From the NCBI RefSeq assembly GCF_054482525.1, contig NZ_CM137006.1: a stretch of DNA of 64,000 nucleotides; one strand, written 5' to 3'. Positions within the stretch are counted from its first letter, which is position 1. Each line of letters starts with the position of its first letter. Position numbers and translations under genes: made by a program. The notes under the pieces were generated by a model that did no database searches, had not been told where the DNA came from, and saw nothing but the letters and a program-made list of their open reading frames with translations. Below, in pieces: positions 23,548 to 37,046 of this stretch.

Positions 23548-24864
23548 TCAGTTAGTTGCCGTTTGAGAACGGAAACGGGCAAAGATAAAGATGACTGCGA
23601 AGCAGAGTGCCGGGATCAGTTCGGCAGTGGGGATGTTGCCCGCTGCGTCACTGACAAACCCCATGACCGGAGTGACAATACCGCCGCCAATAATGGTCAT
23701 AACGATGAAGGACGAACCGTATTTGGTGTCCTGGCCGAGATTTTTAATGCCCAGCGAGAAGATTGTTGGGTACTGAATCGACATAAAGGCACTGCATAAA
23801 GTCAGGGCTATTAAGCCCACATGACCGCCAGCGAAGGCTGAGATCAGGCACAGTGCCATAGCGATTAATGCGTAGGCGGCCAGGACTTTGTGTGGTGCGA
23901 AGCGACTGATGAGCCAGGTACCGGTGAAACGACCAATAAAGAAGCACACCATGGTTCCGGTTAAATAGTTAGCGGCAAAGCCTGCAGTCATACCTGGAAT
24001 TTCTTCTACAGCGTAGCGAATCAAATAGCTCCAGCAGGCCGTTTGTGCGCCGACATAGCAGAATTGCGCTAATACCGCCCAGCGCCAGTGACGAATACGC
24101 GCCAGACGAGAAAGCGATGCGGAGAACGATCCTTGTTTGGCGTCACTGTGATTATCACTCTGCAATGCCGGGAATTTCGTCAGCATGATCAGCAGGGCGA
24201 CCAGTAACACGATAGCCACGATGATCATATAAGGTGTCTGTACCGATAATACCAGGCTGTGTTTATACGCACTCAATTGCTCTGGAGACATTTTATCGAG
24301 AACGTCTTGCGATTGATGTGGCACGTTAGACAAAATAAGACTTTGCCCAAAGACAACCGCGATAATTGCGCCAAATGAGTTAAATGTTTGCGCAAGATTT
24401 AAGCGGAAGTGACCACTGCTTTCCGGCCCTAATACCGTAACAAAAGGGTTTGCGGCAGTTTCCAGACAACCTAATCCAGCTGCAATAATAAATAGGCCAA
24501 CTAAAAATAAGGTGTAGTTCATTATTTCTGCAGCGGGCCAGAATAATGCAGCGCCCAAGGCATATAAAAATAATCCGGTAATAATCCCTGCTTTATAACT
24601 GAGTTTTTTCATCAATATCCCAGCAGGGATTGGGATAATGAAATAACCAAAGTAAAAGGCCGATTGGATCAGGCCAGCCTGGAAATTTGTCAGCGTAAAA
24701 GCCTGCTGGAATTGAGGTAATAAAATGTCGTTAAGGTTATTGGCTACCGCCCAAAGAAAAAACAGTGAGCACAGCAGCGCGAATGGAATAATGTAACTTC
24801 TGCTTTGCCCTGCATCTTTATCTACCGCACGGTAACTCTGCGTTTGTATTGATGTGTTTCCCAT
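23548..24864 (-). CDS. fucP: L-fucose:H+ symporter (MFS)
   Basis: 438 aa, 12 TM helices; first gene of fucPIKUR. Confidence 0.95.
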   Translation of the reverse strand: MGNTSIQTQSYRAVDKDAGQSRSYIIPFALLCSLFFLWAVANNLNDILLPQFQQAFTLTNFQAGLIQSAFYFGYFIIPIPAGILMKKLSYKAGIITGLFLYALGAALFWPAAEIMNYTLFLVGLFIIAAGLGCLETAANPFVTVLGPESSGHFRLNLAQTFNSFGAIIAVVFGQSLILSNVPHQSQDVLDKMSPEQLSAYKHSLVLSVQTPYMIIVAIVLLVALLIMLTKFPALQSDNHSDAKQGSFSASLSRLARIRHWRWAVLAQFCYVGAQTACWSYLIRYAVEEIPGMTAGFAANYLTGTMVCFFIGRFTGTWLISRFAPHKVLAAYALIAMALCLISAFAGGHVGLIALTLCSAFMSIQYPTIFSLGIKNLGQDTKYGSSFIVMTIIGGGIVTPVMGFVSDAAGNIPTAELIPALCFAVIFIFARFRSQTATN

Positions 24865-25052
24865 AGCATCCTCTTAGGTTCAGAAGCTTAAGCACGTAAT
24901 CGGTTATGTTTTCAAAAGTGCAAAACCAGCGAGTTCGGGCTTCATATCAGTGAATATTTGCCTGTCAGAAATGAACTCATGGATTCATTTTCAAATAAAA
25001 AACGCTCTGTAATATGACGGCGGTCACACTTATTAGCTGGGAGGTGACTTTA

Positions 25053-25068
25053 TGTGACTACCATCACT
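25053..25068. promoter_or_regulatory. CRP-like site in fucPIKUR/fucAO divergent control region
   Basis: TGTGActaccaTCACt (TGTGA-N6-TCAC). Confidence 0.4.
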
Positions 25069-25410
25069 TTAATAATCGAAATTTCATGCCCGTTTCAGAA
25101 AATAAATCATAAAAAACACAAACCCGATGACCGTATTAATTGTTTGTGCCGAAAACGGGCATTTCTGGCGAGGGGGAATGGAAAAATGACCGTTTTGATA
25201 AATATTTTTAAGAGCGGTCATTTTTAATAGGGTTATAAAAAGAGAACTTGCAGTTATTTACTGTGATTAGTTGAACCAGGTCACAAAATATAAGCTTGTG
25301 AATTTCTTTCTGGTTAATCAGGAAGAAGATGGTGGGTAATTAAACGGCTAATTCAATAGTGTGAAAGGAACAACATTATTGCCCTGTTTTGAATCAGAGA
25401 GAGGTAGCTA

Positions 25411-26058
25411 ATGGAACGAAATAAACTTGCTCGTCAGATTATTGACACTTGCCTGGAAATGACCCGCCTGGGACTGAACCAGGGGACAGCGGGTAACGTC
25501 AGTGTACGTTATCAGGATGGGATGCTGATTACGCCTACAGGTATTCCATATGAAAAACTGACGGAGTCGCATATTGTCTTTATTGATGGCAACGGTAAAC
25601 ATGAGGAAGGAAAGCTCCCCTCAAGCGAATGGCGTTTCCATATGGCGGCCTATCAAAGCAGACCGGATGCCAACGCGGTTGTTCACAATCATGCCGTTCA
25701 TTGCACAGCAGTTTCCATTCTTAACCGACCGATCCCCGCTATTCACTACATGATTGCGGCGGCTGGCGGTAATTCTATTCCTTGCGCGCCTTATGCGACC
25801 TTTGGAACACGCGAACTTTCTGAACATGTTGCGCTGGCTCTCAAAAATCGTAAGGCAACTTTGTTACAACATCATGGGCTTATCGCTTGTGAGGTGAATC
25901 TGGAAAAAGCGTTATGGCTGGCGCATGAAGTTGAAGTGCTGGCGCAACTTTACCTGACGACCCTGGCGATTACGGACCCGGTGCCAGTGCTGAGCGATGA
26001 AGAGATTGCCGTAGTGCTGGAGAAATTCAAAACCTACGGGTTACGGATTGAAGAGTAA
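25411..26058 (+). CDS. fucA: L-fuculose-1-phosphate aldolase (class II)
   Basis: 215 aa; sequence recognised. Confidence 0.95.
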   Translation: MERNKLARQIIDTCLEMTRLGLNQGTAGNVSVRYQDGMLITPTGIPYEKLTESHIVFIDGNGKHEEGKLPSSEWRFHMAAYQSRPDANAVVHNHAVHCTAVSILNRPIPAIHYMIAAAGGNSIPCAPYATFGTRELSEHVALALKNRKATLLQHHGLIACEVNLEKALWLAHEVEVLAQLYLTTLAITDPVPVLSDEEIAVVLEKFKTYGLRIEE

Positions 26059-26085
26059 TTTCGTAAAGCAACAAGGAGAAGGATG

Positions 26086-27234
26086 ATGGCTAACAGAATG
26101 ATTCTGAACGAAACGGCATGGTTTGGTCGGGGCGCTGTTGGGGCTTTAACCGATGAAGTGAAACGCCGTGGTTATCAGAAGGCGCTGATCGTCACCGATA
26201 AAACGCTGGTGCAATGCGGCGTGGTGGCGAAAGTGACCGATAAGATGGATGCTGCAGGGCTGGCATGGGCGATTTACGACGGCGTAGTGCCCAACCCAAC
26301 AATTACTGTCGTCAAAGAAGGGCTCGGTGTATTCCAGAATAGCGGCGCGGATTACCTGATCGCTATTGGTGGTGGTTCTCCACAGGATACTTGTAAAGCG
26401 ATTGGCATTATCAGCAACAACCCGGAGTTTGCCGATGTGCGTAGCCTGGAAGGGCTTTCCCCGACCAATAAACCCAGTGTACCGATTCTGGCAATCCCCA
26501 CCACAGCAGGCACTGCGGCAGAAGTGACCATTAACTACGTGATCACTGACGAAGAGAAACGGCGCAAGTTTGTTTGCGTTGATCCGCATGATATCCCGCA
26601 GGTGGCGTTTATTGACGCTGACATGATGGATGGTATGCCTCCAGCGCTGAAAGCTGCGACGGGTGTCGATGCGCTCACTCATGCTATTGAGGGGTATATT
26701 ACCCGTGGCGCGTGGGCGCTAACCGATGCACTGCACATTAAAGCGATTGAAATCATTGCTGGGGCGCTGCGAGGATCGGTTGCTGGTGATAAGGATGCCG
26801 GAGAAGAAATGGCGCTCGGGCAGTATGTTGCGGGTATGGGCTTCTCGAATGTTGGGTTAGGGTTGGTGCATGGTATGGCGCATCCACTGGGCGCGTTTTA
26901 TAACACTCCACACGGTGTTGCGAACGCCATCCTGTTACCGCATGTCATGCGCTATAACGCTGACTTTACCGGTGAGAAGTACCGCGATATCGCGCGCGTT
27001 ATGGGCGTGAAAGTGGAAGGTATGAGCCTGGAAGAGGCGCGTAATGCCGCTGTTGAAGCGGTGTTTGCTCTCAACCGTGATGTCGGTATTCCGCCACATT
27101 TGCGTGATGTTGGTGTACGCAAGGAAGACATTCCGGCACTGGCGCAGGCGGCACTGGATGATGTTTGTACCGGTGGCAACCCGCGTGAAGCAACGCTTGA
27201 GGATATTGTAGAGCTTTACCATACCGCCTGGTAA
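26086..27234 (+). CDS. fucO: L-1,2-propanediol oxidoreductase / lactaldehyde reductase (iron-containing ADH)
   Basis: 382 aa from second ATG; Fe-ADH motifs (GGGSPQD). Confidence 0.95.
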   Translation: MANRMILNETAWFGRGAVGALTDEVKRRGYQKALIVTDKTLVQCGVVAKVTDKMDAAGLAWAIYDGVVPNPTITVVKEGLGVFQNSGADYLIAIGGGSPQDTCKAIGIISNNPEFADVRSLEGLSPTNKPSVPILAIPTTAGTAAEVTINYVITDEEKRRKFVCVDPHDIPQVAFIDADMMDGMPPALKAATGVDALTHAIEGYITRGAWALTDALHIKAIEIIAGALRGSVAGDKDAGEEMALGQYVAGMGFSNVGLGLVHGMAHPLGAFYNTPHGVANAILLPHVMRYNADFTGEKYRDIARVMGVKVEGMSLEEARNAAVEAVFALNRDVGIPPHLRDVGVRKEDIPALAQAALDDVCTGGNPREATLEDIVELYHTAW

Positions 27235-27252
27235 ATGCGCTGATGTGATAAT

Positions 27253-27285
27253 GCCGGATGCGACGCTAGCCGCGTCTTATCCGGC
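27253..27285. repeat. REP unit (part of a BIME) between convergent fucO and xni
   Basis: GCCGGATGCGACGCTAGCCGCGTCTTATCCGGC; a partial second unit follows at about 27323-27335. Confidence 0.6.
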
Positions 27286-27338
27286 ATATAAGTGCATTAA
27301 ATTCAATGTGCTGATAATCGTTTGCATCCGGCACGTCG

Positions 27339-29572
<2,234 letters not shown>

Positions 29573-29629
29573 AGGAAATACATCGCGTTAAAACGGAGGA
29601 AGCGCCGCCCGAAAGCGGCGCGAAAGGAC

Positions 29630-30919
29630 TTAGCTGAACAGAGAGTAGAAGATTGCGGAGATTGCAATCAGACCCATCACGACAACGAATACGTTGCTGA
29701 TGTGACCGCTGTACTTACGCATTGCCGGTACTTTCTGAATTGCGTACATCGGCATCAGGAACAGGATCATCGCGATGATTGGGCCGCCCAGGGTTTCAAT
29801 CATACCCAGGATGCTCGGGTTCAGGGTGGCAACAATCCAGGTCGTTACCAGCATGAACAGCGCAGTGATACGGTTCAGCTTGTTGATTTCGATAGACTTA
29901 CCTTTACCACGCAGAGATTTAATCACCATACCGTTGAAGCCTTCACGTGCGCCCAGGTAGTGGCCGAGGAAGGATTTGGTGATAGCGATAATCGCGATAA
30001 TCGGAGCCATCCACGCGATAACCGGTGCGTTAAAGTGGTTAGCCAGGTAAGACAGAATCGAGATGTTCTGCTCTTTAGCCGCAGCCAGGTCTGCCGGAGT
30101 CAGGCTCAGTACGCAGCTGAAGACGAAGAACATTACGGTCAGCACCATCATGATGTGTGCGAATGCCAGGATCTTCGAGCATTTCTGTTCTGCCATATCG
30201 CCGTACTCTTCACGCTTCGCAACGGCGAAAGAAGAGATGATCGGAGAGTGGTTGAACGAGAACACCATTACCGGAATTGCCAGCCACAGGGTCATCCACA
30301 GACCGTTTCCGGTTGCAGATGCAGTGTCCAGAGACAGCGTTTCCAGTGCTGCGCCGTTCCACTGCGGGATCAGGTACAGAGCCAGCAGCATCAGTACGCC
30401 AACAAACGGGAATACCAGAATACTCATCGCTTTAACGATCATCTGCTCACCGAAGCGAACGATGGTCATCATACCCACGATCAGGATCAGCGACAGAATC
30501 GCACGCGGCGGTGGCGTCATACCCAGCTGGTGAGACATGAAGCTTTCAACTGTATTGGTGATTGCCACGCTATAAACCAGCAGGATCGGGTAGATAGCGA
30601 AGAAGTAGAGCAGGGTAATCAGTTTACCTGCGCCAATACCAAAGTGTTCTTCTACAACCTCGGTGATGTCTTCGCCCGGGTTTTTACCAGACAGTACGAA
30701 GCGAGTCAGGCCGCGGTGAGCAAAAAACGTCATCGGGAACGCAAGGATAGCCATGATGATCAGCGGGATCATACCGCCAACACCAGCGTTGATTGGCAGG
30801 AACAGCACGCCCGCGCCGATTGCCGTGCCGTAAAGGCCCAGCATCCACATGGTGTCTGTCTTGCGCCAGGCACTACGAGAGTCTTTCGACGCAATCGTGC
30901 TGGTTTGAGTCGTTTCCAT
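29630..30919 (-). CDS. sdaC: Serine:H+ symporter (HAAAP family)
   Basis: 429 aa; polytopic membrane protein upstream of sdaB. Confidence 0.95.
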   Translation of the reverse strand: METTQTSTIASKDSRSAWRKTDTMWMLGLYGTAIGAGVLFLPINAGVGGMIPLIIMAILAFPMTFFAHRGLTRFVLSGKNPGEDITEVVEEHFGIGAGKLITLLYFFAIYPILLVYSVAITNTVESFMSHQLGMTPPPRAILSLILIVGMMTIVRFGEQMIVKAMSILVFPFVGVLMLLALYLIPQWNGAALETLSLDTASATGNGLWMTLWLAIPVMVFSFNHSPIISSFAVAKREEYGDMAEQKCSKILAFAHIMMVLTVMFFVFSCVLSLTPADLAAAKEQNISILSYLANHFNAPVIAWMAPIIAIIAITKSFLGHYLGAREGFNGMVIKSLRGKGKSIEINKLNRITALFMLVTTWIVATLNPSILGMIETLGGPIIAMILFLMPMYAIQKVPAMRKYSGHISNVFVVVMGLIAISAIFYSLFS

Positions 30920-31428
30920 CTATTTCTCCTGGAGGAATGCAAATAATTCAGCTTTTAGCCAGTTCAGCCCGGGAAGGTGCCTGACCGTAAAAATGAAATC
31001 TGTCTATCGGCGATGGCTTAATCATTTACCGCCGTAATAATTTGAGGGCGGAAAGATACACACAAGTTATGTATCTATCAGTGATCTTGATCCCAAATAC
31101 AATAATCTACTTGGAAGATAGATTATCCCAACGCTTTACTCTGTAAATCAAAAGTAAAAGAGAATTTAAGGGCAATATTTGCCCATTAAACGACATCTGA
31201 CTTCTTCCGGGGCGCGCAATATATGTAGGTTGAACTGAAAAAATCAATACTTTTAGTTAATCATGGCGATAATTTCTTTTTCATAGCGATAAAATGTGGT
31301 TTATGAAAATAGGTAAACGTTTGCGTTACAACATAAATTGTATGACATATTAACTGTAATGATATTTATCGCGTGAGGGTGGTAAGAAACATTCATATAA
31401 CAAATGAAATAAATTGATGGGTATGTGA

Positions 31429-31465
31429 CCAAAAACGAGAAAACCCGGCAACAAACGTCACCGGG
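31429..31465 (-). terminator. Putative ppnN terminator
   Basis: On minus strand CCCGG-loop-CCGGG followed by U-rich run; weak stem. Confidence 0.35.
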
Positions 31466-31474
31466 GGAGGGAGA

Positions 31475-32839
31475 TTACGTGCAGATTTCGTAGCAAGGGA
31501 TGTAGGCTGAGCCTGGCAACTTCATACGATGCTGGGCAACAAAACCCTGTAGCAGGTCATCCATACGACGCATAATCTCTTTATCGCCGTTGATTTTATA
31601 AGGACCAAACTCTTCAATAGCGCGAATACCGACTTCTTTTACGTTACCCGCCACAATACCGGAAAACGCACGGCGCAGGTCAGCAGCCAGCACTTCAACG
31701 GGTTGATCCGGGTAAAGCTTCAGATTTGCCATATTCTCGTGAGACGGCTCAAACGGCATTTGCAAATCTGGCGCAATGCGCATTGACCAGTTAAAGCTGT
31801 AGGCATCGCCTGTGTCGCGGCGATTTTCTTTCACCAGCGGCATCGATTTTTTCATCTGACGAGCGACTTCAGCGGCGTCATCAATGATGATGCGGTAATG
31901 GCGGCGCGCGTTTTCACCCAACGTATGCACGACAAACTCGTCCAGTACGCGGAAGTAGTCGGCGCTCTCTTTCGGGCCGGTGAGGATCAAAGGTAAAACC
32001 TGATCTTTGTTGGCCGGGTTCATTAAAATTCCCAGCAAATACAGCAACTCTTCTGCCGTACCCACACCGCCAGGGAAGATAATGATACCGTGAGCGATAC
32101 GGACAAACGCTTCCAGACGTTTTTCGATATCTGGCATGATGATCAATTCGTTGACCAGCGGGTTAGGCGGTTCAGCGGCGATAATCGACGGCTCTGTCAT
32201 ACCAATAAAACGACTGTCTTTGTAACGCTGCTGTGCGTGTCCGACCGCAGCGCCTTTCATCGGCGCTTCCATCGCTCCCGGACCACAGCCGGTGCAGATA
32301 TTCAGCTCACGCAGGCCCAGCTGATTCCCGACGCGACGGGCATACAAATACTCGTTTTCGTTAATTGAGTGCCCGCCCCAGCAGACCACCATATTTGGCG
32401 CTTCACCGACATGCAGTGCGCGAGCGTTACGCAAGATGGAAAAGACCAGGTTAGTGATGTGGACGGAGTTGTCGAGATTCAGGTTGGGAAAACGAACGGT
32501 GTTATGGATTTGCCCGTAAACGAAGAGAATGTCACGCAGAACCGCGAACAAGTTGGCCTGCAAAGCGCGAATAATTCGCCCATCGACAAAAGCCTCTTCC
32601 GGGGGATTAATCAGTTCCAGCTTTACGCCGCGTTCACGGCGCAGGACGTTAATATCGAAATTTTCAAAACGAGACAGCAATTCTTTGCTGTTATCGGTTA
32701 AACTACCGGAGTTCAGTACGGCAAGTGAACAGTTGCGAAACAGTTGATAGAGGTCGCTGCTGGCGGTGCGTTTAAGCATATCCACTTCCAGCTGCGACAA
32801 CATATCCATGGAGCCAAGCGGGCTAATATGTGTAATCAA
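31475..32839 (-). CDS. ppnN: Pyrimidine/purine nucleotide 5'-monophosphate nucleosidase (LOG family, ppGpp-regulated)
   Basis: 454 aa; LOG-family motifs (GGGxGxxE-like [10 protein letters not shown]). Confidence 0.9.
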
Positions 32840-32950
32840 GAAAAACTCCTTATGGGACGAATATCGTCATTCCCTTTGATTACAATAGCCCTGCCTGATG
32901 ACCTTTCACAACCTTCTGCGTGAATCCAGCACGCAAAATTGAGAAAAAAT

Positions 32951-33799
32951 TTATTGCCGAACCAGTCTTGTGGTCGATGGGACAAAATCGCTATTACTGC
33001 GCCACGGGTTAATGTCCAGACCGCCACGACGGGTATAACGTGCGTAAACGCTCAATTTCTCTGGCTGGCAGAAGCGTAACAGGTCATTAAAGATGCGTTC
33101 CACGCACTGTTCGTGGAACTCGTTGTGATGACGGAAAGAAACCAGGTAACGCAGCAGTTTTTCTCTGTCAATTTGGCGTCCACGATACTGAATTTGGATC
33201 GATCCCCAATCTGGTTGATGGGTGATCAGGCAGTTTGATTTCAGCAGGTGGCTGACGAGCGTCTCTTCTACTACTTTTTCGCCACTGGTGGCATTCTCCA
33301 GATAGTCAGTAGTGAATTCATAGTTATCGATAGTGATATCCTGGTCATCAATGCAAGTGCCATTGAAATGACCTATCGGTTGGCCTTCCAGTTCATCAAG
33401 ACGATATAACGCCACGCTAACCTTACCCTGGGCGCAAGTGCTTAAGTCGCGCTCCAGCGTCTGGCGCACCTCATCCCAGTTATTAAAACGCGTCTGGTTA
33501 AAACTGTTGAGATAGAGCTTAAAACTCTTCGACTCAATCAGATTTGCGCTGGTGTAATCAAGTTCAACATGACCGACGGCGACCTGCGGCAAACCTTTCG
33601 CATTCAGCCAGGAAAGTTCATACAGCGTCCAGATATCCGTACCGTGAAAAGGCAGGTTATCCGCTTTCAGACCCAGCGGATCGCGATTCAGACTACGCGG
33701 AACGCCTTGCAGTAGGCTGGCGTCATAGGTATCCCGGTAATCGGTTGATTTTCCAAGAGTCAGGCCCGCAAGTGCCTGATGGTTTGCATAAGAAGACAT
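32951..33799 (-). CDS. queF: NADPH-dependent 7-cyano-7-deazaguanine (preQ0) reductase
   Basis: 282 aa; two-domain YqcD-type QueF. Confidence 0.92.
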
Positions 33800-33866
33800 G
33801 TTTCACCGTCATAAACCAGATAAACTAAACGACAAGTGTATCTGGTTTAAGTGAAGAGAGAAATTA

Positions 33867-34412
33867 GTGGACGATTTGACCGCACAAGCCCTGAAAGATT
33901 TTACTGCACGCTACTGCGATGCGTGGCATGAAGAGCATAAAAGCTGGCCGTTAAGTGAGGAACTGTACGGCGTTCCTTCACCGTGCATTATTTCAACCAC
34001 CGAAGATGCCGTATACTGGCAACCCCAGCCGTTTACCGGGGAACAAAATGTAAACGCGGTTGAACGCGCTTTTGATATTGTGATACAACCCACAATTCAT
34101 ACCTTTTATACGACTCAGTTTGCCGGGGATATGCATGCGCAGTTTGGCGATATCAAACTGACATTGCTACAAACCTGGAGTGAAGACGACTTCCGTCGGG
34201 TGCAGGAAAATCTGATTGGTCATCTGGTGACTCAGAAAAGGCTAAAATTGCCGCCCACGCTATTTATCGCGACGCTGGAAGAAGAGTTAGAGGTCATCTC
34301 GGTGTGTAATCTCTCCGGTGAAGTGTGTAAAGAGACGCTGGGAACACGTAAACGGGCGCATTTAGCCTCAAATCTTGCGGAATTCCTTAATCAACTTAAG
34401 CCTCTTCTGTAA
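33867..34412 (+). CDS. syd: SecY-interacting protein Syd
   Basis: 181 aa; sequence and position. Confidence 0.9.
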   Translation: MDDLTAQALKDFTARYCDAWHEEHKSWPLSEELYGVPSPCIISTTEDAVYWQPQPFTGEQNVNAVERAFDIVIQPTIHTFYTTQFAGDMHAQFGDIKLTLLQTWSEDDFRRVQENLIGHLVTQKRLKLPPTLFIATLEEELEVISVCNLSGEVCKETLGTRKRAHLASNLAEFLNQLKPLL

Positions 34413-34431
34413 TCCAAATACCCCATCTGGT

Positions 34432-34449
34432 TGTGAGAGATCTCTTACA
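34432..34449. promoter_or_regulatory. UvrY (GacA-family) binding palindrome upstream of csrB
   Basis: Perfect 18-bp inverted repeat TGTGAGAGATCTCTTACA about 180 bp upstream of the csrB 5' end. Confidence 0.7.
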
Positions 34450-34619
34450 GACTCTGTAGGAGATCGCCAGGAAATAAGCGAATACTTAAAAAGATAAGAA
34501 TCGTTATTTTCATTTAAAATCAATATATTGCTTGTTAATCCTTAACTTTCATATGAAATTTTCCTTAAGGCATTGTCTGTAAGCGCCTTGTAAGACTTCG
34601 CGAAAAAGACGATTCTATC

Positions 34620-34988
34620 TTCGTCGACAGGGAGTCAGACAACGAAGTGAACATCAGGATGATGACACTTCTGAAGGACACACCAGGATGGTGTTTCAGG
34701 GAAAGGCTTCTGGATGAAGCGAAGAGGATGACGCAGGACGCGTTAAAGGACACCTCCAGGATGGAGAATGAGAACCGGTCAGGATGATTCGGTGGGTCAG
34801 GAAGGCCAGGGACACTTCAGGATGAAGTATCACATCGGGGTGGTGTGAGCAGGAAGCAATAGTTCAGGATGAACGATTGGCCGCAAGGCCAGAGGAAAAG
34901 TTGTCAAGGATGAGCAGGGAGCAACAAAAGTAGCTGGAATGCTGCGAAACGAACCGGGAGCACTGTGAATACAGTGCTCCCTTTTTTT
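34620..34988 (+). ncRNA. csrB: CsrB small RNA (CsrA-sequestering sRNA)
   Basis: About 369 nt with roughly 20 GGA-containing motifs (CAGGAUG/AGGA) in predicted loops; ends in GGGAGCACTGTGAATACAGTGCTCCC hairpin plus T7 terminator; 5' end approximate. Confidence 0.9.
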
Positions 34989-35033
34989 ATTCCTGCTATC
35001 CTTCGCGGCAGTTTTTCTTATTGAGGTTGCTTT

Positions 35034-35363
35034 ATGACCACTCATGACCGCGTTCGTCTCCAGTTGCAGGCGCTTGAAGCGTTACTGCGTGAACATCAGC
35101 ACTGGCGAAACGATGAACCCCAGCCGCATCAATTTAACAGTACCCAACCGTTCTTTATGGACACCATGGAACCACTGGAGTGGTTGCAGTGGGTGCTTAT
35201 TCCGCGAATGCACGATTTGTTAGATAACAACCAGCCGTTACCGGGCGCTTTTGCCGTTGCTCCCTATTATGAAATGGCGCTGGCGACGGACCATCCGCAA
35301 CGCGCGCTTATTCTGGCTGAGCTGGAAAAACTGGATGCTCTTTTTGCGGATGATGCGAGCTAA
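35034..35363 (+). CDS. yqcC: DUF446 protein
   Basis: 109 aa; 1-nt overlap with truC start. Confidence 0.85.
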   Translation: MTTHDRVRLQLQALEALLREHQHWRNDEPQPHQFNSTQPFFMDTMEPLEWLQWVLIPRMHDLLDNNQPLPGAFAVAPYYEMALATDHPQRALILAELEKLDALFADDAS

Positions 35364-36145
35364 TGCTGGAAATACTCTATCAGGATGAATGGCTGGTTGC
35401 GGTAAATAAACCCTCCGGCTGGCTGGTTCACCGCAGCTGGCTGGATCGCGACGAGAAAGTAGTGGTCATGCAAACCGTGCGTGACCAGATAGGACAGCAT
35501 GTTTTTACTGCTCATCGTCTGGACCGACCCACTTCTGGTGTGTTGTTGATGGGATTATCCAGCGAGGCCGGACGGCTGCTGGCACAACAGTTTGAACAGC
35601 ACCAAATCCAGAAACGTTACCATGCGATTGTGCGCGGCTGGTTGATGGAAGAAGCGGTGCTGGATTATCCACTGGTGGAAGAACTGGACAAAATCGCTGA
35701 TAAATTTGCCCGCGAAGATAAAGGCCCGCAGCCAGCAGTGACGCATTACCGCGGTCTGGCGACCGTAGAAATGCCGGTAGCGACCGGACGTTACCCGACC
35801 ACGCGCTACGGCCTGGTGGAACTGGAGCCGAAAACCGGACGCAAACATCAGCTTCGCCGACATCTTGCCCATTTGCGCCACCCGATTATTGGCGATAGCA
35901 AACATGGCGATTTACGCCAGAATCGCAGCGGTGCTGAACATTTTGGTCTTCAGCGGTTAATGCTGCATGCCAGTCAGTTGTCATTGACGCATCCTTTTAC
36001 TGGCGAGCCGCTGACTATTCACGCGGGCCTGGACGACACCTGGATGCAGGCGTTATCACAATTTGGCTGGCGCGGTCTGCTTCCTGAAAATGAAAGGGTT
36101 GAGTTCAGTGCGCCATCGGGTCAGGATGGAGAGATAAGTTCCTAA
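35363..36145 (+). CDS. truC: tRNA pseudouridine(65) synthase
   Basis: 260 aa; RluA-family motif (HRLDRPTSG). Confidence 0.92.
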   Translation: MLEILYQDEWLVAVNKPSGWLVHRSWLDRDEKVVVMQTVRDQIGQHVFTAHRLDRPTSGVLLMGLSSEAGRLLAQQFEQHQIQKRYHAIVRGWLMEEAVLDYPLVEELDKIADKFAREDKGPQPAVTHYRGLATVEMPVATGRYPTTRYGLVELEPKTGRKHQLRRHLAHLRHPIIGDSKHGDLRQNRSGAEHFGLQRLMLHASQLSLTHPFTGEPLTIHAGLDDTWMQALSQFGWRGLLPENERVEFSAPSGQDGEISS

Positions 36146-36162
36146 TCCAGGGAGAAAACGGT

Positions 36163-36612
36163 ATGGCGGAAATTGGTATTTTTGTCGGCACCATGTACGG
36201 AAATTCGCTGTTAGTGGCGGAAGAAGCAGAAGCAATTCTGACCGCACAGGGCCACAAAGCAACGGTATTTGAAGATCCTGAATTAAGCGACTGGCTGCCC
36301 TATCAGGATAAGTATGTTCTGGTGGTTACGTCCACGACCGGGCAGGGCGACCTTCCTGATAGCATTGTGCCGCTCTTTCAGGGAATCAAAGATAGTCTGG
36401 GCTTCCAGCCGAATCTGCGTTATGGCGTGATTGCGCTCGGCGACAGCAGTTATGTGAATTTCTGCAATGGCGGCAAACAGTTCGATGCCTTGTTGCAGGA
36501 ACAGAGCGCTCAGCGGGTTGGCGAAATGCTGTTGATTGACGCCAGTGAGAACCCGGAACCGGAAACGGAATCAAATCCGTGGGTCGAACATTGGGGCACG
36601 CTGTTGTCCTGA
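36163..36612 (+). CDS. yqcA: Flavodoxin-like protein
   Basis: 149 aa; flavodoxin fold signature (TSTTGQG). Confidence 0.88.
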   Translation: MAEIGIFVGTMYGNSLLVAEEAEAILTAQGHKATVFEDPELSDWLPYQDKYVLVVTSTTGQGDLPDSIVPLFQGIKDSLGFQPNLRYGVIALGDSSYVNFCNGGKQFDALLQEQSAQRVGEMLLIDASENPEPETESNPWVEHWGTLLS

Positions 36613-36665
36613 TATGTTCAGCGAGCGGTAAATGCCGTTTTAGCGGTGCTGAATCGAATCTTTTC

Positions 36666-36720
36666 AGGCAAATGCCAGTAAAAACTGCTTCATAGCGCGG
36701 ATTTTTACTGGCGTTTGCCT
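36666..36720. repeat. Long inverted repeat (19-bp arms, 17-bp spacer) downstream of yqcA and upstream of gudP
   Basis: AGGCAAATGCCAGTAAAAA...TTTTTACTGGCGTTTGCCT; one G-U wobble if RNA. Confidence 0.6.
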
Positions 36721-37046
36721 GGAGTCAAGCGATCCATTTCATACTCTTCTTTATTTCTTCGTTTTAACCCTTCCTTTCTTGTTTTTGTTTTCATTTCCGT
36801 GAAGTGGATTCCACCGTCCAGGGCTAATGCCAAAATCGGGCCTCATTGAACGCATTAATGTTGTGTTGTTGCACGGTGAGCCGCTATGGCGCGCTTTTTA
36901 TACTGCTATTGCCAGATATAAACACGCGCCGTATTCGGCGAACGACCTATAAAAACGGCAAAAAACACCCTACGTCACCTCTGATTTCCTGGCGATGTCG
37001 CAGTCCAGAGTGAGCGTGGCTAACGCGAATTTTCAGGAGTGCAACA

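Noticed and set aside
25262-25285. TGTGA...TCACA pair in the fuc control region as a CRP site
   Set aside because: Half-site spacing is 14 bp rather than 6 bp, so it is not a canonical CRP site; mentioned only as a possible other operator.
32840-32950. preQ1 riboswitch upstream of queF or ppnN
   Set aside because: No recognisable preQ1-I/II aptamer-like structure seen by eye; the enterobacterial queF is not known to carry one. Not supportable without a covariance-model search.
34565-35045. ORFs 34565..34753 (-) and 34830..35045 (-) inside csrB
   Set aside because: The region is the csrB sRNA (repetitive GGA motifs, terminator); no Shine-Dalgarno or coding signal.
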